This document shows, one piece after another, positions 8,710 to 19,698 of a DNA stretch of 64,000 bases; positions within the stretch are counted from its first letter, which is position 1, and each line of letters begins with the position of its first letter. Source of the DNA: an uncultured SAR86 cluster bacterium (GTDB lineage: Bacteria > Pseudomonadota > Gammaproteobacteria > Magnimaribacterales > D2472); contig CABXJR010000002.1 of assembly GCA_902512655.1 (NCBI GenBank), forward strand, positions 66,867 through 130,866, read 5' to 3'. The translations under genes and the position numbers were made by a program. A model generated the notes under the pieces. It was given only the letters and a program-made list of their open reading frames with translations. It was not told the origin of the DNA and did not search any database.

Positions 8710-9803
8710 AAAAGCTCTTCTAATGCGCTAAGAAATTTTAAGTTTTCAGCCTCTGTTCCAATTGTGACCCTTATAAAATCTTTCATATCATACAAGTCAA
8801 CAGATCTTACGATTACTCCTTTTTTCATAAGGTTGTTAAACATTTCTTTACCAATAAAGTTACCTTTAAAAGCAATGAAGTTCCCAACTGATGGAATGCA
8901 TTCAAGCCCAAGTTTGGATAATTTGTCGAATAAAAATTCATATTGTTGTGAATTTAACTCTATGCTTTGACGAATATGCTCATGATCATTAATTGCTACA
9001 GAAGCCATCACTTGGGCTATGGTATTTACATTGAAAGGCTGCCTGATTCGATTGAGAGCCTCAATTAAAGAGGGATTAGCAATACCATACCCAACACGAA
9101 TGCTGGCCAGGCCATGAATTTTAGAGAATGTTTTTGTAATCAATAAATTATCAAATTCATTTAACAAATCTAAAGGTTTTACGTAATCTTCTTTAGTTAC
9201 ATACTCAAAATATGCACAATCTAATACAACCAATACGGACGAAGGAACTTTTTTCAATAACGAATGAACTTCTTCGTGACTGTTATATGTACCTGTTGGG
9301 TTATTTGGGTTGGCAATAAAAATGACTCTTGTGCTGCTCTCTAAATGATCCTCAAATGATTCTAAATCGTGGCACCAGTTGCTTGCAGGAACTTCTATCA
9401 ACGATGCACCTGCAGACTGAGTAACAATTTTATACACTGCAAATGCGTGCTTTGAAGTAATGGATGATGTATTTGGATTAAGGAAAGCTCTTGCTGCTAA
9501 TTCAAGAATCTCATTAGAGCCATTTCCTATAATAATATTGTCAGAATGAACGTTCTCATGATTTGCAATTTCTTGTTTAAGCTTTGTTCCATTTCCATCA
9601 GGGTATAAATGCAAATCATCTTCAAGCCCTGCTAGGGTTGAAAGCGCTTTCGGAGATGCTCCAAGTGGATTTTCATTACTCGCTAGTTTTACGATTTCAT
9701 GATGACCAAATTCTGCAACAACTTCGTCGATTGAACGACCAGGCTCATATGGATGAAGATCCTCAATCCCAGGGTTAAGATTATTAAGAATGCCTGCACT
9801 CAT
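8706..9803 (-). CDS. hisC: Histidinol-phosphate / aromatic aminotransferase (class II)
   Basis: 365 aa. The PLP-lysine region is TKTFSKIHGLASIRVGYG. It sits between pheA and tyrA, as does Pseudomonas hisC2. Confidence 0.88.
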   Translation of the reverse strand: MSAGILNNLNPGIEDLHPYEPGRSIDEVVAEFGHHEIVKLASNENPLGASPKALSTLAGLEDDLHLYPDGNGTKLKQEIANHENVHSDNIIIGNGSNEILELAARAFLNPNTSSITSKHAFAVYKIVTQSAGASLIEVPASNWCHDLESFEDHLESSTRVIFIANPNNPTGTYNSHEEVHSLLKKVPSSVLVVLDCAYFEYVTKEDYVKPLDLLNEFDNLLITKTFSKIHGLASIRVGYGIANPSLIEALNRIRQPFNVNTIAQVMASVAINDHEHIRQSIELNSQQYEFLFDKLSKLGLECIPSVGNFIAFKGNFIGKEMFNNLMKKGVIVRSVDLYDMKDFIRVTIGTEAENLKFLSALEELL

Positions 9804-10882
9804 GAGTCTGATGGATATGAACCAAGGATTCGAACAGATGCTCCTAATTCCTTCAGATTACCAATAACCTGTTTTAGCTTTGCATCCTTATAGTGGCCGC
9901 TGCTATCTATAAAAAAATTATGTGCATTCAATGATTCTCTCGATGGACGTGTTTCAATTCTTTCTAGATTAATTTTTCTTTTTTTGAATGGGTCAAGTAT
10001 TTTAATTAAAGCTCCAGGCTGATTGTCTGTTTGGATTAAAAAGGAAGTTTTGTCTTTTTTAGTTTGCTCAATTTCAATATTGCCAATCACTAAAAATCTT
10101 GTATTGTTGCCAGAAAAATCTTCAATATCTTTTTGATATTGATGTAACTTATATTTATTAATTGCCAATGAGCTGACTATACATAAAGTTTTTGGATGGG
10201 CTTTTGAAAGCTTGGCAGCTTCTGCTGTGCTTGATGTAGTCTCCCTTTTTGTATTTGGTAAATTAGCATCCAACCACTTGCTGCATTGGCCAAGAGCTTG
10301 GGGGTGCGATGCAACAATTTGAGTATCCTCGAGTTTAAATTTTCTGGCGGAAGCTAGTTGATGATGAATAGGGAGATAGGTTTCACCACAAATATTTATC
10401 TCTTGATCTGCTAAAGAATTTAAGGTTGCATTTACTACTCCTTCGGAAGAATTTTCTACTGGCACAACCCCGAAGGTTGCTGAGCCAGTTCTTACTTGAT
10501 GAAAAACATCTTCTATCGTTGATCTTGGTGATCTTATTGGCGACGAACCAAAATGCTGAATCACTGCCCCTTCAGAATGAGTTCCTTCAGGACCAAGGTA
10601 TGCAATCGTTAATTCTTCCTCCAGTGAAAGACAAGAAGAGATGATCTCTTTAAATATATGATTAATTTTTTTCTCTGAAATTGGGCCCTCATTGAGCTTG
10701 GAGATATTTCTTAAGATCTCTGCTTCTCTATTAGGTTTGTAAAAAGAAGTGTTTGAGCTCATCAAGCTCTTTAATTTGCCTATTTTTTGTGCCAAAGAGC
10801 CTCTTCTCTGAATTAACTTCAGGATTTGATGATCAATAGCATCAATTTTTTGCCTTATAGGTTTAATTTTATTCTTACTCAC
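9800..10882 (-). CDS. pheA: Bifunctional chorismate mutase / prephenate dehydratase (P-protein)
   Basis: 360 aa with a GTG start. It has an N-terminal CM helix (IRQKIDAIDHQILKLIQRR), a PDT domain (TRFLVIG) and an ACT domain (ETRPSRE). Confidence 0.92.
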   Translation of the reverse strand: MSKNKIKPIRQKIDAIDHQILKLIQRRGSLAQKIGKLKSLMSSNTSFYKPNREAEILRNISKLNEGPISEKKINHIFKEIISSCLSLEEELTIAYLGPEGTHSEGAVIQHFGSSPIRSPRSTIEDVFHQVRTGSATFGVVPVENSSEGVVNATLNSLADQEINICGETYLPIHHQLASARKFKLEDTQIVASHPQALGQCSKWLDANLPNTKRETTSSTAEAAKLSKAHPKTLCIVSSLAINKYKLHQYQKDIEDFSGNNTRFLVIGNIEIEQTKKDKTSFLIQTDNQPGALIKILDPFKKRKINLERIETRPSRESLNAHNFFIDSSGHYKDAKLKQVIGNLKELGASVRILGSYPSDS

Positions 10883-10886
10883 AACT

Positions 10887-11960
10887 TTATCCGTGCTTAG
10901 ATTGAAAATCTCCCATGAAATTAATCAATGCATCTACCGCCTCGATTGGCATAGCATTATAAATACTTGCTCTCATACCGCCAACTGACCTGTGCCCTTT
11001 TAAGTTAAGTAAACCCGCATTTTCTGCTTCATGCAAGAATTCAGCGTCTAATTCTGAATTTTTTAACAGAAAAGGTACATTCATAATCGATCTATTTTTC
11101 ACAGTGACGGGATTGGAATAAAAATTAGACTGATCAATAAAATCATATAAATTTTTTGCTTTGAGCTGGTTAACCTTACCCATGGACTCTAAACCTCCAT
11201 TATCTTTAAGCCATGCAAAAACTTTACCTGACAGATACCATGCAAAGGTAGGAGGAGTATTAAACATAGAATCTGCTTCAGCATGTTTTGAATATTGAAG
11301 CATACCTGGTAATTCAGTTGAAGCGGTGTCCAAAAAATCCTTTTTAATAATGCAAATAGTTAATCCGGCTGGACCAATATTCTTTTGAGCACCAGCATAA
11401 ATCATTGAAAACCTTGACACATCAATTGGTTCACTCAAGATAACCGATGACATATCTGATATTAATGGTGCATTGGTGGATGGAGGAACATGCAATGCAT
11501 TTCCTTGAATTGTCTCATTAGCGACATAATGAAGATAAGATGCATTTTCAGAGCAGCTCCAGCTCTCCTCATTAGGCACATTATTAAAATTAGATGCCTC
11601 AGAGCTAGTAACAATATTGATATCAATTATTTTTGAGGCTTCATCGATAGCTTTTTTTGACCAGCTTCCAGATAAAACATAGTCAGCAAATTTCTGAGAG
11701 CCGAAATTCATCGGAACCATAGAGAACTGAAGAGTTGCACCCCCTTGAAGAAAAAGCACCTGATAATCACTTGGAATTTTTAATAAATCGATGAGATCTT
11801 CCCGAGCTTTATTGGCTATATCTATGAAATCAGAAGACCTATGGCTCATTTCCATAACCGACATTCCAGAATCTTGCCATTCCAGCATTTCAACCTGAGC
11901 TTCTTGTAAAACAGCCTCAGGAATAGCAGCAGGACCTGCTGAGAAATTCCATCTTCTCAT
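10887..11960 (-). CDS. serC: Phosphoserine aminotransferase
   Basis: 357 aa. YAGAQKNIGPAGLTICII contains the PLP-lysine motif. The start overlaps the gyrA stop (TAATG). Confidence 0.95.
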   Translation of the reverse strand: MRRWNFSAGPAAIPEAVLQEAQVEMLEWQDSGMSVMEMSHRSSDFIDIANKAREDLIDLLKIPSDYQVLFLQGGATLQFSMVPMNFGSQKFADYVLSGSWSKKAIDEASKIIDINIVTSSEASNFNNVPNEESWSCSENASYLHYVANETIQGNALHVPPSTNAPLISDMSSVILSEPIDVSRFSMIYAGAQKNIGPAGLTICIIKKDFLDTASTELPGMLQYSKHAEADSMFNTPPTFAWYLSGKVFAWLKDNGGLESMGKVNQLKAKNLYDFIDQSNFYSNPVTVKNRSIMNVPFLLKNSELDAEFLHEAENAGLLNLKGHRSVGGMRASIYNAMPIEAVDALINFMGDFQSKHG

Positions 11961-14494
11961 TATTCCTCTTCTTCTGGGGGAATTCTCACACCTTCGATTA
12001 ATTTCTCACCATCTTTAGGGGTAATAACTTTAACGCCTTGGGTATTTCTGCCGAGGGTAGGTATTTGACTAATGGCTGTTCTAATTAAGGTACCTTTATC
12101 ACTAATTAGCATAATTCCGTCATTTTCATCTACAGATAGAGCAGAGACCATATTTCCATTTCTATCACTAGTCTTTAAGGCAATAACACCCTGTCCACCT
12201 CTATTATAAGATGGGAAGTCTTCTAACCTTGTTCTCTTTCCAAAACCATTTTCAGATAAACATAAAATAGTTTTGGATGGATCGCCAATCATTAAGGAGA
12301 TAACCTTCATTCCATCTTTAAGAGTTATTCCTTTGACTCCTCTTGCAGTTCTTCCCATGGGACGAACTTTTGACTCATGGAATCTAATCAATTTTCCAGA
12401 ATAAGATGAAAGCAAAATATCATTATCGCCATCAGTGATAATAGTCCCTACCAATTTATCATCATCATCTAATCGAATAGCTTTAATTCCAGATTTATAT
12501 TTTTTATGAAATAAATTTAGGTTTGTTTTTTTGACAACGCCGTTTCGAGTTGCCATGAAAATATATTTATCTTCAGAAAATTCATCGACAGGCAGAATCT
12601 GGGTTACGGTTTCATCATCATCCAATTTCAACATATTAACGAGAGGCCTTCCTTTAGAGGTTCTGCTTGCAACTGGAATTTCAAAAACCTTCAGCCAAAA
12701 AACTTTACCCTTGGTTGTAAAGCATAGAAGCTGGCTGTGAGAACTTATAACATAAAGGTTTTGTATTAAATCCTCTTCTTTAACTTTTGCGCCGGCTTTA
12801 CCAACCCCTCCTCTTCGTTGCTCCCTGTATTCATCTAGAGGTTGAGTCTTAGCGTAGCCACTCCTAGAAAGAGTTAATACCCTTGTTTCTTCAGGAATTA
12901 AATCTTCATTTGAAATATCATGGCGGGTGTCATTGATATTGGTCTTTCTATCATCTCCAAAACTTTCTCTAACCTCTATTAATTCATCTTTAATTAATTG
13001 AAGGAGGGTTTCTTTGTCGTCAAGGATTTTTTGAAGTTCTAAAATGACCTCTAAAATCTCATTAAATTCTGTAGAGAGGTTGTCTTGCTCTAAACCCGTC
13101 AGTCTTCCAAGCCTTAATTCAAGGATAGACTTTGCTTGGGCTGGAGATAATTTATAATTTTTGCCTTTAATACCATACTCTGATGAAAGGCCTTTGGGGC
13201 GACATGCGTCCTTACCAGCTTTCTTAAGAATTGCTTCAATCGGCCCGGCTTTCCAAGATTTCTTACATAGTTCGGTTGCTGCAATCTTTGTATCTTTAGA
13301 TTTTTTAATGATTTTAATGACTTCATCAATGTTTGCTATTGAAACCATTAACCCCTCAACAATATGACCTCTTTCTTTGGCTTTTTTTAAATCAAACTTG
13401 GTTCTTTTTGTGACAACATCTTTTCTATGTTTTATGAACTCTTGAAGAATTTCTTTAATATTTAATACTCGAGGTTGGCCATCCACAAGAACAGTGAAAT
13501 TAATACCGAAAGATTGTTCCAATTGTGACTGAGCAAATAAATTATTTTCTAGGACTTCAACAGACTCGCCACGCTTTACTTCAATAACCACCCTGAGACC
13601 ATCTTTATCAGATTCATCTCTAATTTCGCTGATTCCATCTATTTTCTTGTCTTTAACCATCTCAGCAATTCTTTCAAGCATCTTAGCTTTATTTACCATG
13701 TAAGGTATTTCATTAATTATCAAGGAACTCTTTCCAGATTTATCCTCCTCTACGGAAGTTTTAGCGCGAACATGAATAATACCTCTGCCAGTCTTGTAGC
13801 CCTCATATATTCCAATTTTTCCATCTATAGTTCCGCCTGTTGGAAAATCGGGGCCGGTAATAATTTGAATGATCTCATCAATGCTGGCTTTAGGATTGTC
13901 CAATAAGAGCAAGCAACCGTTTAATACTTCTGTCAGATTGTGTGGAGGTACATTTGTCGCCATCCCAACTGCAATGCCTGATGAACCATTGACAAGTAAT
14001 GCTGGAATTCTTGTTGGCATAACATCTGGGATTTGCTCGGTTCCATCATAGTTAGGAGAGTAGCTTACTGTCTCTTTCTCAATATCATTGAGAATCATAT
14101 CTGTTATTTTTGCCATCCTAACTTCGGTGTAACGCATGGCAGCCGGAGAGTCTCCGTCTATTGAACCAAAATTGCCTTGACCCTCAACTAAGGTGTACCT
14201 CATAGAAAAGTCTTGCGCCATCCTGACCATGGCTTCGTATACAGCTGAATCACCATGAGGGTGATATTTGCCTATTACATCTCCTACCACTCTTGCTGAT
14301 TTCTTGTATGGTTGGCGGTACGTATTTCTCAATACATGTTGTGCAAATAAAATTCTCCTATGCACTGGTTTTAGACCATCTCTAACGTCTGGAAGCGCTC
14401 TTCCATGAATGACGCTCATTGCATAACTTAAATAGGAAGTTTTTAGCTCATCTTCAATATTGATTGGTAAGATTTCTTTTGCAAAATCAGTCAT
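11960..14494 (-). CDS. gyrA: DNA gyrase subunit A
   Basis: 844 aa. The QRDR is [20 protein letters not shown]. The active-site Tyr lies in [10 protein letters not shown]. The C-terminal beta-pinwheel repeats are present. Confidence 0.98.
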   Translation of the reverse strand: MTDFAKEILPINIEDELKTSYLSYAMSVIHGRALPDVRDGLKPVHRRILFAQHVLRNTYRQPYKKSARVVGDVIGKYHPHGDSAVYEAMVRMAQDFSMRYTLVEGQGNFGSIDGDSPAAMRYTEVRMAKITDMILNDIEKETVSYSPNYDGTEQIPDVMPTRIPALLVNGSSGIAVGMATNVPPHNLTEVLNGCLLLLDNPKASIDEIIQIITGPDFPTGGTIDGKIGIYEGYKTGRGIIHVRAKTSVEEDKSGKSSLIINEIPYMVNKAKMLERIAEMVKDKKIDGISEIRDESDKDGLRVVIEVKRGESVEVLENNLFAQSQLEQSFGINFTVLVDGQPRVLNIKEILQEFIKHRKDVVTKRTKFDLKKAKERGHIVEGLMVSIANIDEVIKIIKKSKDTKIAATELCKKSWKAGPIEAILKKAGKDACRPKGLSSEYGIKGKNYKLSPAQAKSILELRLGRLTGLEQDNLSTEFNEILEVILELQKILDDKETLLQLIKDELIEVRESFGDDRKTNINDTRHDISNEDLIPEETRVLTLSRSGYAKTQPLDEYREQRRGGVGKAGAKVKEEDLIQNLYVISSHSQLLCFTTKGKVFWLKVFEIPVASRTSKGRPLVNMLKLDDDETVTQILPVDEFSEDKYIFMATRNGVVKKTNLNLFHKKYKSGIKAIRLDDDDKLVGTIITDGDNDILLSSYSGKLIRFHESKVRPMGRTARGVKGITLKDGMKVISLMIGDPSKTILCLSENGFGKRTRLEDFPSYNRGGQGVIALKTSDRNGNMVSALSVDENDGIMLISDKGTLIRTAISQIPTLGRNTQGVKVITPKDGEKLIEGVRIPPEEEE

Positions 14495-14576
14495 TTTTTA
14501 GCCCTAAAAGCGATATTTTTTATATGCAGGAAATTCCCTTATTTAAGGTTAAATTTTACCATACTTCGGGGGAATT

Positions 14577-15968
14577 TTAGTCTTTAAATTCAGCTACAAT
14601 TTGGCCAATTGATTCCTTCGCATCACCAAATAACATTCTAGTATTTTCTCTAAAAAATAATGGATTCTGAACTCCAGCAAAACCAGAAGACATCGATCTT
14701 TTCAGGACAAAAACTGTCTTGGCATTGTGAACTTCAATAATTGGCATTCCATAAATTGGACTGCCTTCTTCTTCAGTTGCTGAAGGGTTTACAACATCAT
14801 TAGCGCCAATCACAATTGCCACATCTATCGTGTCCATAGATGGATTTACATCATCAGGCTCGGCAAGCAAATCATAAGAAACATTTGCTTCAGCAAGAAG
14901 AACATTCATATGCCCTGGCATACGCCCTGCAACAGGATGAATTCCGTATTTCACTTCCGTACCATTTTCTTCTAAAAGCTCTCCCATTTCTCTAACGACA
15001 TGCTGTGCCTGAGCTACTGCCATACCATAACCAGGAACCACCAAAACACTTGATGCGCTTTCTAGGATCAAGTAGGCGTCGTCAGATGTAATTGGTTTCA
15101 CCTCACCTTGCTCTTCAGATGAACTAGATTGATTAGAAGATGCGTATCCCACAAATAAAATATTAGTAATTGTTCGATTCATCGCTTTAGCCATAATAAT
15201 AGTTAAGATTAATCCACTTGCCCCAACAAGAGATCCAGCAACGATTAATACATTGTTAAGCAATAACAAGCCTGCAAAAGCTGCTGCAATTCCTGATAGC
15301 GAATTAAGCAAAGAAATTACTACAGGCATATCACCGCCGCCAATAGGCATTACAAATCCAATACCAGCAATTAATGTTATGCCTAAAAAGATTAAAAAGT
15401 AGGAAGGGACTTGAGGGATAAATTGAGAAATAGAAGGTTCGCCAATTACATAGATTAATGCTGGCATGCTTAAATAAAAGAAAGATATGAAAACGTTTGT
15501 AATCATTGATCCTTTGCCTAGCTTTAGTTTTTCAGATAGTTTTCCATATGCGATTAGGGAGCCTGAGAATGTTATGCCTCCAATGTAAATAGTTAACATA
15601 ATCAGTACATGCTGAAACATAGAGTTACTTGGTTCATTGAATTGCGACCATGCGATTAAGAACGTTGCCAAGCCACCAAAGCCATTAAATAAAGCCACCA
15701 TTTCTGGAATGGCCGTCATCTTTACTTTAAGAGCAATTAAGGAGCCTATAAGGCCGCCCAACAAGACACCCGCTAGGATAATCTTTGTATCTATCTCTAA
15801 GCTTAAACAAGTTATTCCAACAGCAGAAAACATAGCAAGAGCGGATAAATAGTTTCCTTTAACTGCTGTTGCTTCCTTGCCAAGCATCTTAATTCCAAGA
15901 ATAAACATTACAGAAGAAATAATGTAAACAATATTTTGTATGACTTGAATATTAGCTAAATTTTCCAT
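14577..15968 (-). CDS. pntB: NAD(P) transhydrogenase subunit beta
   Basis: 463 aa. It has a polytopic N-terminal membrane domain and a C-terminal NADP(H) domain (PGYGMAVAQAQH, GANDVVNP). Confidence 0.95.
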   Translation of the reverse strand: MENLANIQVIQNIVYIISSVMFILGIKMLGKEATAVKGNYLSALAMFSAVGITCLSLEIDTKIILAGVLLGGLIGSLIALKVKMTAIPEMVALFNGFGGLATFLIAWSQFNEPSNSMFQHVLIMLTIYIGGITFSGSLIAYGKLSEKLKLGKGSMITNVFISFFYLSMPALIYVIGEPSISQFIPQVPSYFLIFLGITLIAGIGFVMPIGGGDMPVVISLLNSLSGIAAAFAGLLLLNNVLIVAGSLVGASGLILTIIMAKAMNRTITNILFVGYASSNQSSSSEEQGEVKPITSDDAYLILESASSVLVVPGYGMAVAQAQHVVREMGELLEENGTEVKYGIHPVAGRMPGHMNVLLAEANVSYDLLAEPDDVNPSMDTIDVAIVIGANDVVNPSATEEEGSPIYGMPIIEVHNAKTVFVLKRSMSSGFAGVQNPLFFRENTRMLFGDAKESIGQIVAEFKD

Positions 15969-15971
15969 GAT

Positions 15972-16244
15972 TTATTTCTTCTTAAACATGCTCAGCATTC
16001 TGTTGGTTACGAGATAGCCGCCAAATACATTGATAGAAGCAAATAAAATAGCACCAAAAGCCAATATATCTTGCATCTGACCAGCACTCGAAAGCATCAA
16101 TGCACCCACAAGAGCAATTCCAGAGATAGCGTTTGCTCCTGACATCAAAGGGGTATGAAGTGTGCTTGGAACTTTTGCAATAAGCTCTAAACCTAAAAAG
16201 ATAGACAGCAATAAAACAAACCCCAGCAATATATACATTTCCAT
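15972..16244 (-). CDS. pntAB: NAD(P) transhydrogenase subunit alpha part 2 (membrane part)
   Basis: 90 aa with three predicted TM helices. It lies between the alpha-1 and beta subunit genes, the split-alpha arrangement. Confidence 0.9.
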   Translation of the reverse strand: MEMYILLGFVLLLSIFLGLELIAKVPSTLHTPLMSGANAISGIALVGALMLSSAGQMQDILAFGAILFASINVFGGYLVTNRMLSMFKKK

Positions 16245-17365
16245 TATGCAAACCTCTCATTCATTATTTTTCCTTCATAAGCAAGGACGCTGCTTTGAAT
16301 AACCTCATCTTCAAAATCAAAATTAATGCCATTAGATTCATCATCATAAAAATCAGTAATCCAATTAATAATGTTATTAGATAGGGCAAAAGAGGCATGA
16401 CTCGAAACTTTTGAGGCTAAGTATGAAATACCTACAACTTTAACCCCACTAACATCCACCACCTCGTCAACTATAGAACCTTCAACGTTTCCGCCAGTTT
16501 CTACAGCCATGTCAAGAATGACGCTACCAGCTTTCATTTTTTTAATGGTAGCTTCATCTATAATTTTGGGGGCAGGTCTTCCAAAAATTTGAGCAGTAGT
16601 AATTACGATATCTGATCGCGCGCAAACAAGACTTTGGAGCTCTTTTTGTTTCGTTATTTGCTCAGGGGTAAGTTCTTTGGCATACCCTTGATCGGTTTGA
16701 CCAGTATCACCTAAATCAATTTTTACAAACTTTGCACCAAGAGATTTTACTTGCTCCTCCACAACATCGCGAGTATCGAATGCCTCAACTCTAGCACCCA
16801 ACCTTTTTGCAGTTGCAATTGCTTGCAAACCTGCAACTCCAACTCCAATAACAAATACTTTTGCTGGTTTAAGCGTTCCAGCTGCAGTCATCATCATTGG
16901 AAGAGCTGAAGATAAATGTTGGGCAGCCTCTAAAACTGCTGCATACCCTGCAAGGTTGGCTTGTGAGCTCAGCACATCCATTTTTTGAGCTCTAGTTATC
17001 CTGGGTATGAATTCCATACTAACTGCATTAATTTTTGATTGGTTTAATCCCTTAAGTTCTTCTCCAGAATAAAACGGATTTAGCATTCCTATGACTGTTG
17101 AGCCTGACTGGACTTCACCTGATTCGGCTAAAGTCAGTGAGGTGGGAGTAATTATGAGATTGCCTTTTGTTAGACATTCATCCCTTGAAATCGCTTTTAG
17201 ACCAAGATCAATAAAAGTTTGATCAGAGATATTAATGCCATCTCCAATACCTGATTCAAATGAAAAAGTTACTCCTTTTAGATCTAAAATCTTGTTAACT
17301 GTGTCTGGGTGGATTACAGATCTTTGATCTCTTGAGTCCGGAGATTTTAAGGCAACAATATGCAT
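16244..17365 (-). CDS. pntAA: NAD(P) transhydrogenase subunit alpha part 1 (NAD(H)-binding dI)
   Basis: 373 aa. It has the alanine-dehydrogenase/PNT fold with VFVIGVGVAGLQAIATAKRLGA. The stop overlaps the next start by 1 nt. Confidence 0.95.
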   Translation of the reverse strand: MHIVALKSPDSRDQRSVIHPDTVNKILDLKGVTFSFESGIGDGINISDQTFIDLGLKAISRDECLTKGNLIITPTSLTLAESGEVQSGSTVIGMLNPFYSGEELKGLNQSKINAVSMEFIPRITRAQKMDVLSSQANLAGYAAVLEAAQHLSSALPMMMTAAGTLKPAKVFVIGVGVAGLQAIATAKRLGARVEAFDTRDVVEEQVKSLGAKFVKIDLGDTGQTDQGYAKELTPEQITKQKELQSLVCARSDIVITTAQIFGRPAPKIIDEATIKKMKAGSVILDMAVETGGNVEGSIVDEVVDVSGVKVVGISYLASKVSSHASFALSNNIINWITDFYDDESNGINFDFEDEVIQSSVLAYEGKIMNERFA

Positions 17366-17500
17366 TTAATTAAATTTGAAAAACTTGTAGTACATTGCAA
17401 TTTATTTAGTGGACATTGTCAATATTTAAAAAAATCCCTTTAAAGCATGTTCTATCAATTAAAAATATTGTAGTTTCACTACAGTAAATAAGAAAAATTT

Positions 17501-18265
17501 CTATAAGTTCAAGCTTGCGCCACCGTCAACAGTTACCAATTGCCCAGTCATTAGCTCGCTTTTTTCAATTAAATTTACTATTACCTCAGCAATAGATTCA
17601 GGAGTGCATGTTTTTTTCAGTGGAGTGGTAGTTTGAACACGTAATTTAACTGCTTCATACATCTCGGAACCCATTCCATTTTTTAACCATTCTCCTTCAA
17701 TGAACCCAGGGCATACAGCATTTACTCTTATTGGCCCTAAATTTCTTGCCATAGATAAAGTCATAGTATTTAAGGCTCCTTTTGAGGAAGCATAAGCAAG
17801 CGAACTACCAATACCCTTAACACCTCCGATCGATGATACATTCACAACACAAGGATTTTCACTTTTTAAAAGGTGCTCTTTTGCTGCTTTCACCATCTGG
17901 AATGGCCCAATAACATTCACACTGTAAATATATTGAAAATCGTCAGCATCAAGACCGTTCAGGTCGGAGTGGTCCCAAACAAATTTAGTTGTTCCAGCAT
18001 TATTAATAAGAGCATCAACCCTTTCCCATTTTTCGATAGCTTTATTGATAGTGGCTATGCAGTCTGTATCATCTGAAACATCAGCTTGAATAGCAATCAC
18101 CTCTGCTGTTTCATTTGAACATTTGCTAGCTACATTTTCTGCCTCTTCAATAGATGAGGAGCATGTAATTATTACATTCCAACCATTTTCAGAAAGCATT
18201 TTTGCCGTTGCAGCACCTACCCCTCGGCTTCCCCCGGTAACAATAGCGACTGGATTATCTGACAT
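17501..18265 (-). CDS. Short-chain dehydrogenase/reductase (SDR), substrate unknown
   Basis: 254 aa. It carries TGGSRGVGAA, NNAG and the catalytic S...YASSK motif. Confidence 0.85.
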   Translation of the reverse strand: MSDNPVAIVTGGSRGVGAATAKMLSENGWNVIITCSSSIEEAENVASKCSNETAEVIAIQADVSDDTDCIATINKAIEKWERVDALINNAGTTKFVWDHSDLNGLDADDFQYIYSVNVIGPFQMVKAAKEHLLKSENPCVVNVSSIGGVKGIGSSLAYASSKGALNTMTLSMARNLGPIRVNAVCPGFIEGEWLKNGMGSEMYEAVKLRVQTTTPLKKTCTPESIAEVIVNLIEKSELMTGQLVTVDGGASLNL

Positions 18266-18352
18266 AGTGTTAGCTTCCTTTTATAAAAAATAATAAACTT
18301 ACCTATTCTTGCATGCAATAAAGTAATCTGCCAACTTAAAGAAGTAGTGTTT

Positions 18353-19054
18353 ATGACTCAAAATATTGATCAAAATGAAGTAAAAAAATTTGCTGAAATA
18401 GCAGATAATTGGTGGGATCCAACCGGTGACTTCAAACCCTTACATGTAATCAATCCACTGCGCGCAAACTATATTGATCAAAAATTATCTATAGAGGGTT
18501 TAAAAGTATTAGATGTTGGGTGCGGCGGAGGTCTATTGGCAGAGGCCCTAGATGCAAAAGGAGCTAAAGTAACTGCAATTGATGTAACGGAAGCTAATAT
18601 TGGGGTTGCTCAGCTGCATGCTAAAAAGATGCAAGTAAATATTGATTACAGATTAATTACTGCTGAAGAATTAGCAAAAAAAGAAAGAGAATCTTTTGAT
18701 GTGGTTGCATGCCTAGAAGTAATTGAGCATGTGCCTGATCCGGGCCAACTTATTCGAGCATGTTCTAATCTTCTAAAACCAAATGGCCAAATGTTTCTTT
18801 CTACTTTAAATAGAAATCCTAGGTCCTTTGTTACAGCAATTGTTGGTGCAGAATATATTTTCAATGTATTGCCAAAAGGAACTCATGAATGGAATAAATT
18901 TATTAAGCCATCAGAGTTAGAGAGGTATATGCGAAATGCAGGTATAAAATTAATTGAGAGCAAGGGGATGTTTTATAATCCTATTTTCCATACTGCAAAT
19001 TTAAATAATGATCTCGGAGTAAACTATATGATGCATGGATCTAAAAATGCCTAA
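18353..19054 (+). CDS. ubiG: Bifunctional ubiquinone biosynthesis O-methyltransferase
   Basis: FAEIADNWWDPTGDFKPLHVINPLRANYI and VLDVGCGGGLLAE align with E. coli UbiG. The track starts at GTG 18347; ATG 18353 fits the family N-terminus better. Confidence 0.92.
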   Translation: MTQNIDQNEVKKFAEIADNWWDPTGDFKPLHVINPLRANYIDQKLSIEGLKVLDVGCGGGLLAEALDAKGAKVTAIDVTEANIGVAQLHAKKMQVNIDYRLITAEELAKKERESFDVVACLEVIEHVPDPGQLIRACSNLLKPNGQMFLSTLNRNPRSFVTAIVGAEYIFNVLPKGTHEWNKFIKPSELERYMRNAGIKLIESKGMFYNPIFHTANLNNDLGVNYMMHGSKNA

Positions 19055-19697
19055 AGGCGTATTATTTGATCTTGATGGCACTCTTTTAGATTCAGCGCCT
19101 GACTTTATCGTTAGCTTAGATAATCTACTGACAAAACATAACAAACCAAAACTTGATCCAAAGATAATTAGAAGCCATGTATCTGATGGAAGCTGGAAAC
19201 TTACAAGCCTAGGTTTTAATATTGATATATCTGATGATCAGTGTGCAGTTTTGAGAGATGAGTTGTTAGAAGAATATGAATCAAATCTTCTGCAATATGG
19301 GGGAGCTTTTGATGGAATTAAACAGATGCTAGCTTCCTTGGAGAGAGATAATATCCCTTATGGAATTGTAACTAATAAGCCCTTACGTTTTGCCAAACCG
19401 ATATTAATGAATGAGATTGCATTCAAAGATTGCAAAACTCTCATATGTCCAGATCATTTAGGTGCTATCAAGCCAGATCCAGAAGGAATTTTAAGAGGCT
19501 GCAAAGATTTAGGCCTTCACCCTGCTGAATGCATTTATGTTGGTGATCATGAAAAAGATCTTGAAGCTGGCATAAACGCGGGGACACAAGTTATTGCTTG
19601 TTATTTTGGCTATTCACTTAAAGCTAGTGATCATAAGGATCATGTTCACGGAGTGCATCATCCAGATGAATTATATGAACTAATTTCTCGACTATAA
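19047..19697 (+). CDS. HAD-IA phosphatase (phosphoglycolate phosphatase / MupP-like)
   Basis: The HAD motif I is MPKGVLFDLDGTLLDS, with a later GDHEKD. The ubiG-HAD-SDR order matches Pseudomonas. An alternative start is ATG 19035. Confidence 0.82.
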   Translation: MPKGVLFDLDGTLLDSAPDFIVSLDNLLTKHNKPKLDPKIIRSHVSDGSWKLTSLGFNIDISDDQCAVLRDELLEEYESNLLQYGGAFDGIKQMLASLERDNIPYGIVTNKPLRFAKPILMNEIAFKDCKTLICPDHLGAIKPDPEGILRGCKDLGLHPAECIYVGDHEKDLEAGINAGTQVIACYFGYSLKASDHKDHVHGVHHPDELYELISRL

Positions 19698-19698
19698 A

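Noticed and set aside
9371-9388. TGGCACCAGTTGCTTGCA, which superficially resembles a sigma54 -24/-12 promoter
   Set aside because: The GG-to-GC spacing is off by 2 nt in either register. The site also lies inside hisC on the non-coding orientation, with no downstream + strand gene.
14234-14248. GyrA QRDR reads S83 ... E87 (E. coli has D87), a possible quinolone-resistance signature
   Set aside because: Ser83 is wild type. Glu at position 87 is a natural variant in many bacteria, not one of the classical D87N/G/Y substitutions.
14531-14577. An inverted repeat AAATTCCC ... GGGAATTT between pntB and gyrA
   Set aside because: The 31-nt loop and missing U-tract make it an unconvincing terminator. 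It may be chance or a protein site, and nothing further supports it.
15982-16260. A 92-aa alternative-frame ORF overlapping pntAB on the same strand
   Set aside because: The 90-aa frame gives a clean three-TM PntA-II-like protein with exact start/stop coupling to its neighbours. The alternative frame is Cys/Arg-rich and has no resemblance to known proteins.
17468-17486. A weak hairpin (TGTAG-ttt ca-CTACA) downstream of the SDR gene as a possible terminator
   Set aside because: It has only a 5-bp AT-rich stem and a poor U-tract, so it is indistinguishable from background.
18309-18318. Perfect 10-bp palindromes in intergenic regions: TTGCATGCAA here, CATTGCAATG at 39247-39256 upstream of the TBDR, and ATTGCAAT at about 17392 upstream of pntAA
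   Set aside because: By my estimate, roughly 100 perfect 10-bp palindromes are expected by chance in 64 kb of this composition. There is no shared extended motif.
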